Source: an uncultured Alphaproteobacteria bacterium
GTDB lineage: Bacteria; Electryoneota; RPQS01
DNA length: 64,000 nucleotides
Direction of reading: 5' to 3'
Assembly (NCBI GenBank): GCA_964587105.1
Contig: CAZPKG010000011.1
Coordinates: 28,309 to 92,308 of the forward strand
In this document: piece by piece, positions 8,012 through 18,676 of the stretch
Position numbering within the stretch: the stretch's first letter is position 1
Layout: each line of letters starts with the position of its first letter
Translations under genes and position numbers: made by a program
Notes under the pieces: model-generated
The model's database searches: none
Seen by the model: the letters and a program-made list of their open reading frames with translations, nothing else
Told to the model about the DNA's origin: nothing

Positions 8012-8038
8012 GAGCGACCCGATTACTCGGGCCGCTCT
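8012..8038 (-). terminator. Rho-independent terminator (hairpin plus T-run on minus strand) after paralog A1, also at 3' end of terL
   Basis: aaaaa-gagcgacccg-attact-cgggccgctc. Reads as hairpin plus UUUUU on the minus transcript. Confidence 0.6.
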
Positions 8039-8057
8039 AAACGAATATGAATGTAAA

Positions 8058-10577
8058 CTATTTACTCTCGTCGCGATTGATCAATACGGGATTCTGATTA
8101 GTTAGACCGGGCGTCGGCGGAGTACAATCCAGAGTCAGAACGAAGATTACTTCGTTTGATGGATTGGGTGCGAAAAACGTGTTGGCGAACGAACCCGCCG
8201 GGGTATAAAGCGACCAATCCGCCGAGTACGATGTCGGGAAAACTGCGCTCGGATTCGTTGACCACCAAAGTGTGATGACACCCGCCTCCTGTTGATGCCA
8301 TCTTACAGTGTAGGCATCCGCAGGGGTGGCAAGCATATTAATCGTCACGCTGTCCGGAGCCGGACACGGCGGAGTAAGACAGAAGGCAAAATCATACGGC
8401 GGCTGCGATGAAGTCCCGTCTCCAAACGGCGAGGTTACCCATGTCCACGGACAGTCCGTATCACCTACCTTTGCCACGCTCATTAAGCCGCTCGGAATGC
8501 CGCAGGGCGGATGAATTTCCACGTCGTATTGGGATAAATACCTCGAGTTGAAATATAGATCCGGCAGCAGCGTTCCAGTTGCCGTAACGGTGTACTCGCA
8601 CGTGTTTCCGCCGTCTGTAAAGTAAAGACGAAATGTCTCAAACTCGCTGCAAGTACCCGTAAAACCCCAAAACCGCACGGCGCCGACTGGCTCCGGCGTG
8701 ACGTAATTGTCATACTGAATCTGACTGAAATCGATATGTGACGTGAATGCTTGCGGAGACTCCGAGTTCATCGCTGGCAGTTGACCGACCACACTACGGT
8801 TGCCGCATTCTGCGCGGATCGGGCACGGCGTATCGCAAGTAACACCCTCCGTGAACAAGCCGCCCATTGTTTGGCACATAGACAGACTCGTGATCTCGCA
8901 GCCGGGCGACTGAGGATCGCCATAACAGCAGCGGCCGTAACAAGAACTTACCGTGAGTTCAAATTGACCACAGTCAGTGTGATAGGCTTCGACAGTTAGA
9001 TAGTAGCTACCCGAGCTTAAATAAGCACAGTTAATCGCGGATAATCCTGCGAAACCACAACCGTCGTCATCCTCATAAAAAGGAGAGCCGTCGCATGTGG
9101 GCGTCAAGTATATATAACTGTCCCAAAAGTCGTTGCCATTGCAAAGTGAAAATCTCCACTCCCCATTAGACGGAATGTTCACGAAGAATGTGTAATCTTC
9201 ACTCGGCCGAAGGGGATTGTTGTTGCCTGCGCCGCACGTATTCGCCACAGCCGTGCCCGGTGCCTGCAGGAAACCGTCTATCCGGCAACCGCTGCAAGGA
9301 ATGGCGTTAACCCGCACACGGTATTCGCGGAAATCAGGGGCAATATTCAGCGCATCCGTTGCCAGAAATAGAGTGTAATCGCCCGGCTGCACACATGGAA
9401 CTCTGTAGGTTAAAGTCGAACAAGGAATGGCCTGAAACTGGTTCAAGTACGTTGTGTAGTTGCAATCGAAAGAAGGAAAACTGTTGAGTTGCAACCGAAT
9501 AGGAACTTCGGTTCTGAGCGTGATGTCCAGTGAACATGGCTCCAGAATTTGGAAATAGTACCAATCCTGATCATGTTGGCCATTCGTGGCCCACGTACGG
9601 CCGCAAACAGTCTGAAAAAGACTGATCCCCTGAATGGAATTATATCCGTTACAGAAGTAATTGCAATCGAAAACAGGATCACCACCTATTTCCTCAAACG
9701 CGCATTCAGGAACGTCATTCGGCTGACACTCAATGCTGCAATTGCCTGTGATGTTCAAAACATAACTGCCCGCACTGCTGTTGTATCCATCCACGATGAT
9801 GTAATAAACCTGTCCGGCAGTAAGGTACAACGACAGATAAGATTGAAGACTGGGACTATTGTCGTCGTTACAGCCAACTGAAAAGATACCCGGGCATGAG
9901 CCCAATGTGTGCACATACAGATAGGTGTCATACGATGAACCCATCAGTGAAATAGCGTAAAAGTCGGTTATCGTCGGAGTAAACTCATAGACTACGTCAG
10001 GTGCAAAGGTCGAGTTACACGCGGAAATAGGATTGAAATCGTTTGCGCGTCCCACAGTTGTTCCCGTATCGGTGTAAGGAATTCCGGTGATGACCGTGGC
10101 CGGACAATTGTCACTTCCTTGATCAAGCGGATTGCGTTCGCGATTCTCCGGCCGTTGCTGATACAGTGCATTCAATTGTTCTTTCAAACTTGCAAAGGTC
10201 ACTTCGTCAACCGACTGAGACTGCGCGCCGCCACGAGCCTGAAGCTCGAGTTCTCGAATCTGCTCTTCAAGCGGGGTCAATTCAGTTGGGCGAATTAACG
10301 CACCGGCTTCAAAGCCTCCGTCAACCCGACCGGACTGGAGATCGTGCACCACATTACCGGAGTGTCTCTTGACTGGTGGAAGCAGCTCCTCAATTCGTGT
10401 CATCCAAGCCGGATCAGGCGTCTCCCCTGTAGCTTTTGCGTTAGCAATCAACTCTTTAAGCTCAGAAATTTCAGCCTTTGCGTCGCGAAATGCGTCCGGC
10501 TGTGTAGCGCTCAAATCGGCTGCAACAACGAAACTATTACAGCAAAGAACAACAATCGTGAACAGCAGTTTCTTCAT
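8058..10577 (-). CDS. Giant secreted Cys-rich multidomain protein, paralog A1 (PPC-type domains, C-terminal Fn3-like domain)
   Basis: Signal peptide MKKLLFTIVVLCCNSFVVAA. Conserved module ...RPENRERNPLDQGSDNCPATVI. PPC-like domain (DVVYEF...YDTYLYV...CNDD...AGQVYYIIVDGY). C-terminus WWSTNPSAVFP...VLTLDC is Fn3-like. RBS GGAGAcgatATG. Confidence 0.8.
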   Translation of the reverse strand: MKKLLFTIVVLCCNSFVVAADLSATQPDAFRDAKAEISELKELIANAKATGETPDPAWMTRIEELLPPVKRHSGNVVHDLQSGRVDGGFEAGALIRPTELTPLEEQIRELELQARGGAQSQSVDEVTFASLKEQLNALYQQRPENRERNPLDQGSDNCPATVITGIPYTDTGTTVGRANDFNPISACNSTFAPDVVYEFTPTITDFYAISLMGSSYDTYLYVHTLGSCPGIFSVGCNDDNSPSLQSYLSLYLTAGQVYYIIVDGYNSSAGSYVLNITGNCSIECQPNDVPECAFEEIGGDPVFDCNYFCNGYNSIQGISLFQTVCGRTWATNGQHDQDWYYFQILEPCSLDITLRTEVPIRLQLNSFPSFDCNYTTYLNQFQAIPCSTLTYRVPCVQPGDYTLFLATDALNIAPDFREYRVRVNAIPCSGCRIDGFLQAPGTAVANTCGAGNNNPLRPSEDYTFFVNIPSNGEWRFSLCNGNDFWDSYIYLTPTCDGSPFYEDDDGCGFAGLSAINCAYLSSGSYYLTVEAYHTDCGQFELTVSSCYGRCCYGDPQSPGCEITSLSMCQTMGGLFTEGVTCDTPCPIRAECGNRSVVGQLPAMNSESPQAFTSHIDFSQIQYDNYVTPEPVGAVRFWGFTGTCSEFETFRLYFTDGGNTCEYTVTATGTLLPDLYFNSRYLSQYDVEIHPPCGIPSGLMSVAKVGDTDCPWTWVTSPFGDGTSSQPPYDFAFCLTPPCPAPDSVTINMLATPADAYTVRWHQQEAGVITLWWSTNPSAVFPTSYSADWSLYTPAGSFANTFFAPNPSNEVIFVLTLDCTPPTPGLTNQNPVLINRDESK

Positions 10578-10668
10578 ATCGTCTCCATTGGTTAAGTATC
10601 ATCAAGATAACATAACACGACTATATTAGTCAAGAATTAACAAGTGTGAGCAAAATAAATCAAAAAAA

Positions 10669-10690
10669 GCGGCCCGATTGCTCGGGCCGC
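10669..10690 (-). terminator. Rho-independent terminator after paralog A2
   Basis: caaaaaaa-gcggcccg-attgct-cgggccgc. Confidence 0.65.
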
Positions 10691-10723
10691 CCTTCATGAG
10701 GTAATTTCCTCGGATCAATTCGC

Positions 10724-13336
10724 TTAACGCGTCACCGGATTATTCAGCGGGACAGGGGGCTGATTAATCTGAAGCATCGGAACGTCGCCACCCGGATTCT
10801 GAATTGCGATATTACTGCAATCCACGGTCAGGACATAGACGATTTCATTCGACGGATCCGGCGCATAGAACGAGTAGTTCATCAATCCACCCGGAACATA
10901 GCCACTGACCATCTGCGTGTATGTGGCAGGGAAAACCGCATTCGGATTTGCTGACCACCACAAATGCACAACGCCTTCCGGCTGCCACCATCTCAGTGTG
11001 TAAGCATCGGCGATGTTAGGATACAATTCAATGGTCACGCTGTCCGGCGAAAGGCACTGTCCGCCCAAGCAGAACGCGAGATTAGTTCCTGTGTCAAAGG
11101 GAGGTTGGCCGACCCAGTAACCGTTTGCGGTTGAGCCGTAGCCGGTGATCGCATATGACCAATAAAAGTTGCAGCCACTGCCTTGTTCAGCAATTTGCAC
11201 GTCACCGTTCAGAATCGTGCACGGCGGATTGAGTTCCGTCGAGTACTCGAGAATCCGGTAAGTGTTCCATTGCAGATACTTCGGAGTTCCTGTCAAAGTG
11301 ACGTTGTAAACCTGCGAAGTGTTGTTCACACTGTCAAAGAACGTGATTTGGAAGTTGTGCGGATCCGTGTTGCAGGCGCCCTGCTCAGCAAACACACCCC
11401 AGAACCTGATCGTACCAATCGGCCCTCCGACCAAGTAATCTTCGGCATTGAAGAAACCTTGATCCCCATCGGAGAGATTTGCATTCCACGGTTCATCGGG
11501 AAGCATCGGCAACTGACTGAGATAAGCGCCCGCCGTCGCGCAGGTCGGACGAGTGAAGCACGCGCCGCTTGAGCACGGTTCCATGTACGTCCACACTCCT
11601 CCGAGGCTGTCGCAGATTCCTTGTGACAATTGATTACAGCCGGGATCATCCGGATTGCCGTAGCAGCACGAGCCGATACATTCGAAAACATTCAACACAA
11701 ACGGACCACAGCCGGATGACCAGGCTTCCACCGTCAAGTAGTAGATGCCCGGATTTAGATGGACACAGTTGATCGTGGAAAGTCCGACGCCGCCGCAGCC
11801 GTCGTCGTCCTGTGCGATGACGCCGCCGTTACACGAACCTGACAAATAGATGTAGCTGTCCCAAATGCTGTCGTCGTTGCAAGTCGAAAATGTCCATTCA
11901 CCGGCATAAGGAATGTTCACGGCGTAAGTGTAGTCTTCGCTCGGACGCAAGGTGTTGTCGTCACCCGCGCCGCAAGTGTTCCAAGCTGCCGAACCCGGAG
12001 CTTGGAAATATGAATCAACTTGGCAACCGCTACACGGAACCAGATCAACACGAGCGCGATAGTCACGCGGAGTGTTTAGGCCGGTTTGGCTGGCGGGAAG
12101 AACGATGAGTGAGTATGTGCCAGGCTGGAGACACTGTGTTAAAAACGTGGCGGTCGAGCACGAGTATTGCCAGTCGTATGGACCGGAAACAATGGAGTAA
12201 GGACAGGAACCGGGAAAAACGTACATCTGTGATGCGAACTCCGCGTTGATCGTCAGCGCGAGCGAACACGGTTCAAAAATCGTAAAACGATAGGAGTCCA
12301 CGTCCCGGAAGGGCGAGTTAAAACTGGTGAGATACGTAAATCCGCGGCCGCATACAGTCTGGAACGGCAAAATGTCTTGCCACGATTCCGTGCCGCCGTA
12401 AAAGCCATCCTGACAAGAGCCGTTGCAATCTACCACCTCAAAACCGGGGCCGGGAACTTCAGCACACTCGAGAACATCGCTGGGCTGGCAAACAACATCA
12501 CAGTTGTCCGTGATATTGAGCACGTAGTTGCCACTGGCAACGTCAAAACCGTCTACGATGATGTAGTACGTCTGCCCGCCATTCAAGATGACCGAAACAA
12601 ACGACTGCAAACTAAAGTAATCGTCATTGCAGGCCACTTGAGTCGTACCGGGGCAACCGCCATTGGTATTGACATGAAGATAGGTGTCGTAGGACGAGCC
12701 TAACAACGAGATATTGTACGTCTGAGTCACTTGCGGAGTAAACTCATAAACAACATCGCTTGCATCACTAAAAGCGCAGTCCGAAATGGGGTTGTAGTTA
12801 TTGGCGAAGCCAACTGTCGTGCCGCCGTCCGAGTAAGGAACTCCACCGATAACCGTTCCCGGGCAAACATCATTGCCTTGATCGAGCGGATTGCGCTCAC
12901 GGTTCACGGGACGCTGTGCGTAAAGTTCATTCAACTGCTCTTTCAGATTCGCGAAGGTGACTTCGTCAACTCCCTGAAGGGACATTCCGCCGGACAGATG
13001 AAACTCCAACTCTTTGATCTGAGCTTCAAGCGGGGTCAATTCCGTTGGGCGAATCACCGCGCCGGGAGCAAAGCCTCCCTCGCTCTGAAACGCCTGCAAG
13101 TCCGCCGGGACTTTGCTCGCATGACCTTTAACGGACGGAATCAGCTCGCGAATCCGAGCCGTCCAGGCCGGATCGGGCGTCTGGCCTGTAGCCTTTGCCT
13201 TAGCAATCAGGTCTTCAAGCTTAGCAATTTCAGCCTTCGGGTCGCTCAATGTGAGCGGCACCGTCTGGCTTGGTCCAGCAGCAATAGCGTAGAATGCACA
13301 ACATAGGACAACAATCACAACTGACATTCTCTTCAT
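10724..13336 (-). CDS. Giant secreted Cys-rich multidomain protein, paralog A2
   Basis: Start moved to MKRMSVV (13336), which has the same RBS context (ccaatGGAGAtgatATG) as A1. Very similar to A1 and A3 at the N-terminal module and the C-terminal Fn3-like end. Confidence 0.8.
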   Translation of the reverse strand: MKRMSVVIVVLCCAFYAIAAGPSQTVPLTLSDPKAEIAKLEDLIAKAKATGQTPDPAWTARIRELIPSVKGHASKVPADLQAFQSEGGFAPGAVIRPTELTPLEAQIKELEFHLSGGMSLQGVDEVTFANLKEQLNELYAQRPVNRERNPLDQGNDVCPGTVIGGVPYSDGGTTVGFANNYNPISDCAFSDASDVVYEFTPQVTQTYNISLLGSSYDTYLHVNTNGGCPGTTQVACNDDYFSLQSFVSVILNGGQTYYIIVDGFDVASGNYVLNITDNCDVVCQPSDVLECAEVPGPGFEVVDCNGSCQDGFYGGTESWQDILPFQTVCGRGFTYLTSFNSPFRDVDSYRFTIFEPCSLALTINAEFASQMYVFPGSCPYSIVSGPYDWQYSCSTATFLTQCLQPGTYSLIVLPASQTGLNTPRDYRARVDLVPCSGCQVDSYFQAPGSAAWNTCGAGDDNTLRPSEDYTYAVNIPYAGEWTFSTCNDDSIWDSYIYLSGSCNGGVIAQDDDGCGGVGLSTINCVHLNPGIYYLTVEAWSSGCGPFVLNVFECIGSCCYGNPDDPGCNQLSQGICDSLGGVWTYMEPCSSGACFTRPTCATAGAYLSQLPMLPDEPWNANLSDGDQGFFNAEDYLVGGPIGTIRFWGVFAEQGACNTDPHNFQITFFDSVNNTSQVYNVTLTGTPKYLQWNTYRILEYSTELNPPCTILNGDVQIAEQGSGCNFYWSYAITGYGSTANGYWVGQPPFDTGTNLAFCLGGQCLSPDSVTIELYPNIADAYTLRWWQPEGVVHLWWSANPNAVFPATYTQMVSGYVPGGLMNYSFYAPDPSNEIVYVLTVDCSNIAIQNPGGDVPMLQINQPPVPLNNPVTR

Positions 13337-13442
13337 ATCATCTCCATTGGTTAGGGTATCAGATAAGATAACATAATATGATGTCATTTGTCAACAATTA
13401 GAGCATTCACACATATAGAGCATTCACACATAATAAAACAAA

Positions 13443-13464
13443 AGCGGCCCGTTGCCGGGCCGCT
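13443..13464 (-). terminator. Rho-independent terminator after paralog A3
   Basis: aaaa-gcggcccg-ttgc-cgggccgc-tttc. Confidence 0.65.
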
Positions 13465-13485
13465 TTCACTGACGTTCAAAAAAGG

Positions 13486-16092
13486 TTACTTGACTTCGTT
13501 CTGCGGTATGAACATGGGATTCAATGGAAGTCCTGTTGCAGGCGATGGGGCACCGCAATCCAAAGTCAAGACGTAAATAACCTCTGGTGACGGATCCGGT
13601 GCAAAGAACGCGTTGCTGTACGAACCTGCCGGAAGATTTAAGCTGAACAACTCCGTGTAGGTTGCCGGAAACACTGCGCTCGGATCTGTTGACCACCACG
13701 CGCGCACTAATCCTGCTGGCTGCCACCATCTTATGCTGTAAGCATCAGTGAAGTCGGGCAACATTCTGATCGTCAAACTATCGGGCGCAACGCACCCGGC
13801 ACTCAGACAGAATGCGAGTTCATGGTTCGACTCGAATGGCCCTTCTCCGTTATAGCTTACATGCGCAAACTGTCCATTGCCCAAAACGGTCCACGACCAG
13901 TAGAATTCACAGGATGGGGACGTCGACTCCACAACGCGAACCCAGCCGTTCGTGATTGTGCACGGCGGATTGATTTCGGCCGTGTACTCCAATAGCGTGT
14001 AGTCGTTGAAGTAGACAAGCGGAAGCACTGTGGCCGACAGCGTGACGTTGTAGGTCTGTGTCAAATTGTTCACACTGTCAAAAAACGTGATTTCGAAATT
14101 CTGCGGATTGGTGTTGCAAGTTCCGCCTTCGCTGAAGATACCCCAGAACCGAATGGAGCCGATGGCTGACGAGACTGAATAGTCCTCGTAAAACGCGTAG
14201 CCCGAATTCAAGTCCGACACGTTTGCATCCCACGGCTCGCCCGGAACAAAAGGCAACTGGCTGAAAATCACCTCGCCATCGCCGCAGTCAGGCCGCGTGT
14301 AGCACGCGGCGGCCGAACACGGCTCTTGATATGTCCATGCTCCGCCTAAAGCATTACAATCGCTTAGTGAGACATAATCGCAAGCAGGATATAGAGGATC
14401 GCCGTAACAACACGAACCCAAACACTCAAACACGTTCAGCACGAACGGGCCGCAGACATCTCCGGGCCCAGCTTCCACTGTTAAGTAGTAGTTGCCGGCC
14501 GAAAGATGCAGGCAGCTAATTGTTGAAAGTCCGGCATCGCCGCAACCGTTGTCATTCTCGGCAAAAACTCCGCCGCTGCACTCAGATGTCAAATACATGT
14601 AGCTGTCCCAAATGCTGTCGTCGTTGCACGTCGAAAACGTCCAATCCGATTCGTGGGGAATATTCACGACATATGTGTACTCTTGGCTGATGCGCAAACT
14701 GTTGTCATTACCCTCGCCGCAAGTGTTCTCCGCCGTGCTTCCCGGAGCTTGCAGGAAGTTGTCAATCCGGCAATTGTTGCAGGGAATCAAATCAACGCGC
14801 GCACGATACTGCTGCATCGAGTTAATCCCCGACCAAGTCGGCGGCAGAATCAAAACTGCGTAAGTGCCGGGCTGCACACACGGTGTCACAAACGTCACCG
14901 TCGAACAGGCATAAGACCAAGTTGGTGAGTTGTACAGCGAGCTCCACGGACATGTTGTGGTTAAGACCGCGACCTGGCTGCCGACCTCTGAATTCACTGT
15001 CACAGCAATCGAGCAGGCCTCAGTGATCGTCAAACGGTACGCGTCCACATCCGGAAGGATGAACGATCCATCTGCCGTGGGATGGGTGAAGGTGTTGCCG
15101 CACACCGTCTGAACGGGTAAGATGTCCTGAAAGGAAGCGACGCCTCCGAACATAGTATTGTTGCAACCTCCGTTGCAATCCGTTGTCTCATGACCCGGTG
15201 CAACCACTTCACCTGTGCACTCCAGAACGTCGCCGGGTTGGCAAGCGACTTCGCAGTTGCTCGTGACATTCAGAGTGTATGCGCCGGAATTGATGTCATA
15301 TCCGTCCACGATGATATAGTAAACCTGCCCGGCAGTCAGAGACAATGAAAGATAGGATGCGAGATTTGCGCCGTTGTCGTCGTTGCAGCCGACTGAGAAT
15401 ATTCCCGGGCATGAACCCAACGTGTGTACATAAAGATATGTGTCATACGATGAGCCCATCAGCGAAATGTTGTACACCTGACTTATAGCCGGAGTAAACT
15501 CATAGACTACATCAGGCGCGTTCGTGTTATTGCACGGACTGATTGGACTGAAGTCATTCGCACGCCCGTCGGTCGAGCCGGTGTCAGAGAAGGGAACTCC
15601 TGTGATTAGCGTGGCAGGACAAAAATCATTGCCCTGATCAAGCGGATTGCGCTCACGGTTTTCCGGACGCTGTGCATAGAGCGCGTTCAACTGCTCTTTC
15701 AAACTCGCAAAGGTGACCGGATCAACGCCTTGAAATGACAGGCCTCCGGAAAGCTCAAACTCGAGCGCGCGAATCTGCTGCTCGAGCGGGGTCAAATCTG
15801 TTGGGCGAATCACCGCACCCGGAGCAAAGCCTCCATCCAATTGAAAGGCCTCGAGATTAGCAGGCACTTTACTCGCGTGACCTTTGACCATCGGAATCAA
15901 CTCGCGAATACGAGTTGTCCATGCAGGGTCAGGGGTTTGGCCTGTGGCCTTTGCTTTAGCAATCAGGTCTTCAAGCTCTGTAATTTCAGACGCAGGTGAT
16001 TTCAATCCCTGCAACAATGACGAGTTCTGTCCAGAAGCAATTGCACATAATGAGCAACATAAAACAACAATCGCAAGCAACAATCTTTTCAT
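13486..16092 (-). CDS. Giant secreted Cys-rich multidomain protein, paralog A3
   Basis: Signal peptide MKRLLLAIVVLCCSLCAIASG. High identity to A1 over the first ~270 aa (ERNPLDQGNDFCPATLI..., SYDTYLYVHTLGSCPGIFSVGCNDDN). Fn3-like C-terminus. Confidence 0.8.
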   Translation of the reverse strand: MKRLLLAIVVLCCSLCAIASGQNSSLLQGLKSPASEITELEDLIAKAKATGQTPDPAWTTRIRELIPMVKGHASKVPANLEAFQLDGGFAPGAVIRPTDLTPLEQQIRALEFELSGGLSFQGVDPVTFASLKEQLNALYAQRPENRERNPLDQGNDFCPATLITGVPFSDTGSTDGRANDFSPISPCNNTNAPDVVYEFTPAISQVYNISLMGSSYDTYLYVHTLGSCPGIFSVGCNDDNGANLASYLSLSLTAGQVYYIIVDGYDINSGAYTLNVTSNCEVACQPGDVLECTGEVVAPGHETTDCNGGCNNTMFGGVASFQDILPVQTVCGNTFTHPTADGSFILPDVDAYRLTITEACSIAVTVNSEVGSQVAVLTTTCPWSSLYNSPTWSYACSTVTFVTPCVQPGTYAVLILPPTWSGINSMQQYRARVDLIPCNNCRIDNFLQAPGSTAENTCGEGNDNSLRISQEYTYVVNIPHESDWTFSTCNDDSIWDSYMYLTSECSGGVFAENDNGCGDAGLSTISCLHLSAGNYYLTVEAGPGDVCGPFVLNVFECLGSCCYGDPLYPACDYVSLSDCNALGGAWTYQEPCSAAACYTRPDCGDGEVIFSQLPFVPGEPWDANVSDLNSGYAFYEDYSVSSAIGSIRFWGIFSEGGTCNTNPQNFEITFFDSVNNLTQTYNVTLSATVLPLVYFNDYTLLEYTAEINPPCTITNGWVRVVESTSPSCEFYWSWTVLGNGQFAHVSYNGEGPFESNHELAFCLSAGCVAPDSLTIRMLPDFTDAYSIRWWQPAGLVRAWWSTDPSAVFPATYTELFSLNLPAGSYSNAFFAPDPSPEVIYVLTLDCGAPSPATGLPLNPMFIPQNEVK

Positions 16093-16184
16093 TTCATCTC
16101 CAATAGTTTTGAGCAGATTGAATCTACCTAAATATTACCAGTAATGTCAACAAATACGAACGATTTGTTCCAAATAAAAAGTAA

Positions 16185-16204
16185 GCGGCCCGTTGCCGGG
16201 CCGC
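16185..16204 (-). terminator. Rho-independent terminator after paralog A4
   Basis: aaaaagtaa-gcggcccg-ttgc-cgggccgc. Confidence 0.6.
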
Positions 16205-16231
16205 GTGTGTGCGATCATGCTTATTTGCATG

Positions 16232-18667
16232 TCATTCAATCTTGATAAACTGTCCTGGCGACTCCTCACCTGCTATCGGTGGTGGGCCGCATTGTGCCGT
16301 GATAATGTAACGACGATTCGGGACTGCGGTGTTGTCAGTACCGAACCAATCTCCTGCCGGTAACGATCCAGCCAAGAGCACGGTGTAAGTGGCGGGATAG
16401 ACCGCGTCTATGTTGTCACTGTAGTACAGTCGCACATAAGACGCTTCGGGCAAATGGAACATGATGTCGTATGTATCTGCCGCCGCACGGCGAATCACGA
16501 CGCTATCCGGCTTGGGACAGCCGCGGCCTAAACAGATACTCACGTCATACGGCAAGTCTACCGGATCGCCCGGATGATGCAGCACAACCGATCCGTTGCC
16601 TTGCGGAGAAGTCACCCACGCAAACACGCATGCATCATTCGATGTGCCGCGCACCCGCACGCGACCCGAAAGAATATTGCAATTCGTCGGCAGATCAAAA
16701 TCATACTGATAGACAGGAAATTGCGCACCGTAATTCTGCGGCACCTGATACCCGTTAATGGTGCCGGTGTATGTCTGCACGGCGGGGCCGTTCGCACTGT
16801 CCACAAAGGTAATCTCAAACGACTCTGGCTGTGTGAAACAGGGCAGACCGTTATTGTAATCGGTGTACAAACCCCAGAATCGGACAGAAGAGATAGGCCC
16901 AGTAACGGTATAGTCTTCCCACAAACTGTAATTGATGTACACGTCCGATGCCACCGCCGTCCATGTTTCCGTCGGCAAATGCGGCAGCTGGCTGAATTGT
17001 GACCCATCTTCACATTGCGGCCTCACTCCGCAAACTTCCGGCGAGCACTCTTGCCCCAATGTGAATTCTCCTCCCAAACTATTGCACGCCGAGAGTGTGC
17101 CATACGAGCATTGTTGATTGTAGTAATCGTTGCCGTAACAGCACGAGCCGAGGCACTCAGAAGCTTCAAGCGCCCATGCGCCACAGTCTGCGGCACCCGC
17201 GCCTTCCACAGTGAGATAGTAATTACCCGGCATGAGAGTGACACAATCTATGCTTGATAAGGGGCCACACGCGTCGTCGCTTTGCGCGATAATCTGACTG
17301 TTGCATGCGCTTGTTAAATAGAGATAGCTGTTCCACTCCGCAGACGAACCGCACAACGAGAATGTCCAATCAGAGGCGTACGGTACAATGATGCACATCG
17401 TGAAATCTGCACTTGGCCGCAGACTATTGTCATTGCCTTGGCCGCACGTCGTGAAGAGCGTAACCGAGGCAGGTAACGTGATCTGCCCTTGATCAACCTT
17501 ACAACCGGAACAGGGGAACTCTTCAATCATGAAGAGATAGGGAAGCTGAGACGGAGCGCCTGAATAGAAATTCGGCGCGATGTTGATGGTATATGTACCA
17601 GCAGGCAAACACTGTGTGACCGGAGCTAAGACAGAACAGGCAGGCAAGTTGGCATAATAGAAAATCCCAGTCGGCACACATCCGTCGTAATTGGACAGCC
17701 AGAAATCGAAGGTAAACGACGTGATGACATCAAGTTTCAAACTGCACGGTTCGGTCAGAGTGAAGTAGTAGCTGTCAATGTCACGTGCCGGAAAATTGTT
17801 CTGATCCGTGTAGGTGAACACGTTGCCGCGCATAAATTGACAGTGATTCGCGGGCTGATACTGTTCAAATCCGCCGTTCCAAATGTTGTTGCAGCCGCCG
17901 TTGCAATCCCACGCGGCGTGCATCGGATCGTTCAGACTCTCTCCGCACTCCTGCTGAAAGCTGCTCGATTGCGCGAGCAAACAGCCGTTGTTAATGGTCA
18001 GAACAAAGTTGCCGGAGTGGTTGTTGGCGCCGTCAATGATGATGAAATACTCTTGTCCGGCATTCAACATCACGATGACTTCGGAATACGACCCAAACAT
18101 ATCATCGTTGCAGGAAACTTGGGTATTTCCCGGACACGCGCCGCCCGTGTTGACATAGAGCTGCGTATCATAGTTGGAGCCGTAGAGCGAGATGCGAAAA
18201 GTTTGCGATGTGGCCGGAACATAGCGATAGATTTTGTCCGGCGCGAAAGTCGTCCCGCACGGCGTTATCGGGTTGAAGTTGTTTACTGCGCCGACAGTCG
18301 TACCGTAATCAACGAACGGAATAATCCCCGACGGAATTGTTGTGGCAGGACACGCATCCGATCCGTCATCAAGCGGACTTCGCTCGCGCGGTTGTTGACC
18401 GAGAAGTGCGGCCAGTTCGAGTTCGAGTTGTTGATAGGTCGCACTGTCGAGTGCCGTTGAACGACCGTAGTTTTGCATGTGCCATTCGAGGTCTGCAATC
18501 TGCTGTTCCAGCGGCGAGCGATTCTGCGGATGCAGAATCAACGCACTTTCAAGATCAAACGGTAACTCTTCACCATTTGGACAAGATGCGCTGGCAATAT
18601 TTGCGCTGAACGCAAATAGCAGAACCAGAAACCCGGACAGAAGCACTGTGATCCTCTTCATGATCAT
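16232..18667 (-). CDS. Giant secreted Cys-rich multidomain protein, paralog A4 (subfamily 2)
   Basis: Signal peptide. Module LEQQIADLEWHMQNYGRS...RERSPLDDGSDACPATTI. PPC-like domain. Shared central blocks with A5 (HAAWDCNGGCNN, IEEFPCSGCKVD, YYLTVEG). C-terminus YPATY...C. Confidence 0.75.
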   Translation of the reverse strand: MIMKRITVLLSGFLVLLFAFSANIASASCPNGEELPFDLESALILHPQNRSPLEQQIADLEWHMQNYGRSTALDSATYQQLELELAALLGQQPRERSPLDDGSDACPATTIPSGIIPFVDYGTTVGAVNNFNPITPCGTTFAPDKIYRYVPATSQTFRISLYGSNYDTQLYVNTGGACPGNTQVSCNDDMFGSYSEVIVMLNAGQEYFIIIDGANNHSGNFVLTINNGCLLAQSSSFQQECGESLNDPMHAAWDCNGGCNNIWNGGFEQYQPANHCQFMRGNVFTYTDQNNFPARDIDSYYFTLTEPCSLKLDVITSFTFDFWLSNYDGCVPTGIFYYANLPACSVLAPVTQCLPAGTYTINIAPNFYSGAPSQLPYLFMIEEFPCSGCKVDQGQITLPASVTLFTTCGQGNDNSLRPSADFTMCIIVPYASDWTFSLCGSSAEWNSYLYLTSACNSQIIAQSDDACGPLSSIDCVTLMPGNYYLTVEGAGAADCGAWALEASECLGSCCYGNDYYNQQCSYGTLSACNSLGGEFTLGQECSPEVCGVRPQCEDGSQFSQLPHLPTETWTAVASDVYINYSLWEDYTVTGPISSVRFWGLYTDYNNGLPCFTQPESFEITFVDSANGPAVQTYTGTINGYQVPQNYGAQFPVYQYDFDLPTNCNILSGRVRVRGTSNDACVFAWVTSPQGNGSVVLHHPGDPVDLPYDVSICLGRGCPKPDSVVIRRAAADTYDIMFHLPEASYVRLYYSDNIDAVYPATYTVLLAGSLPAGDWFGTDNTAVPNRRYIITAQCGPPPIAGEESPGQFIKIE

Positions 18668-18676
18668 TCTGCCTTG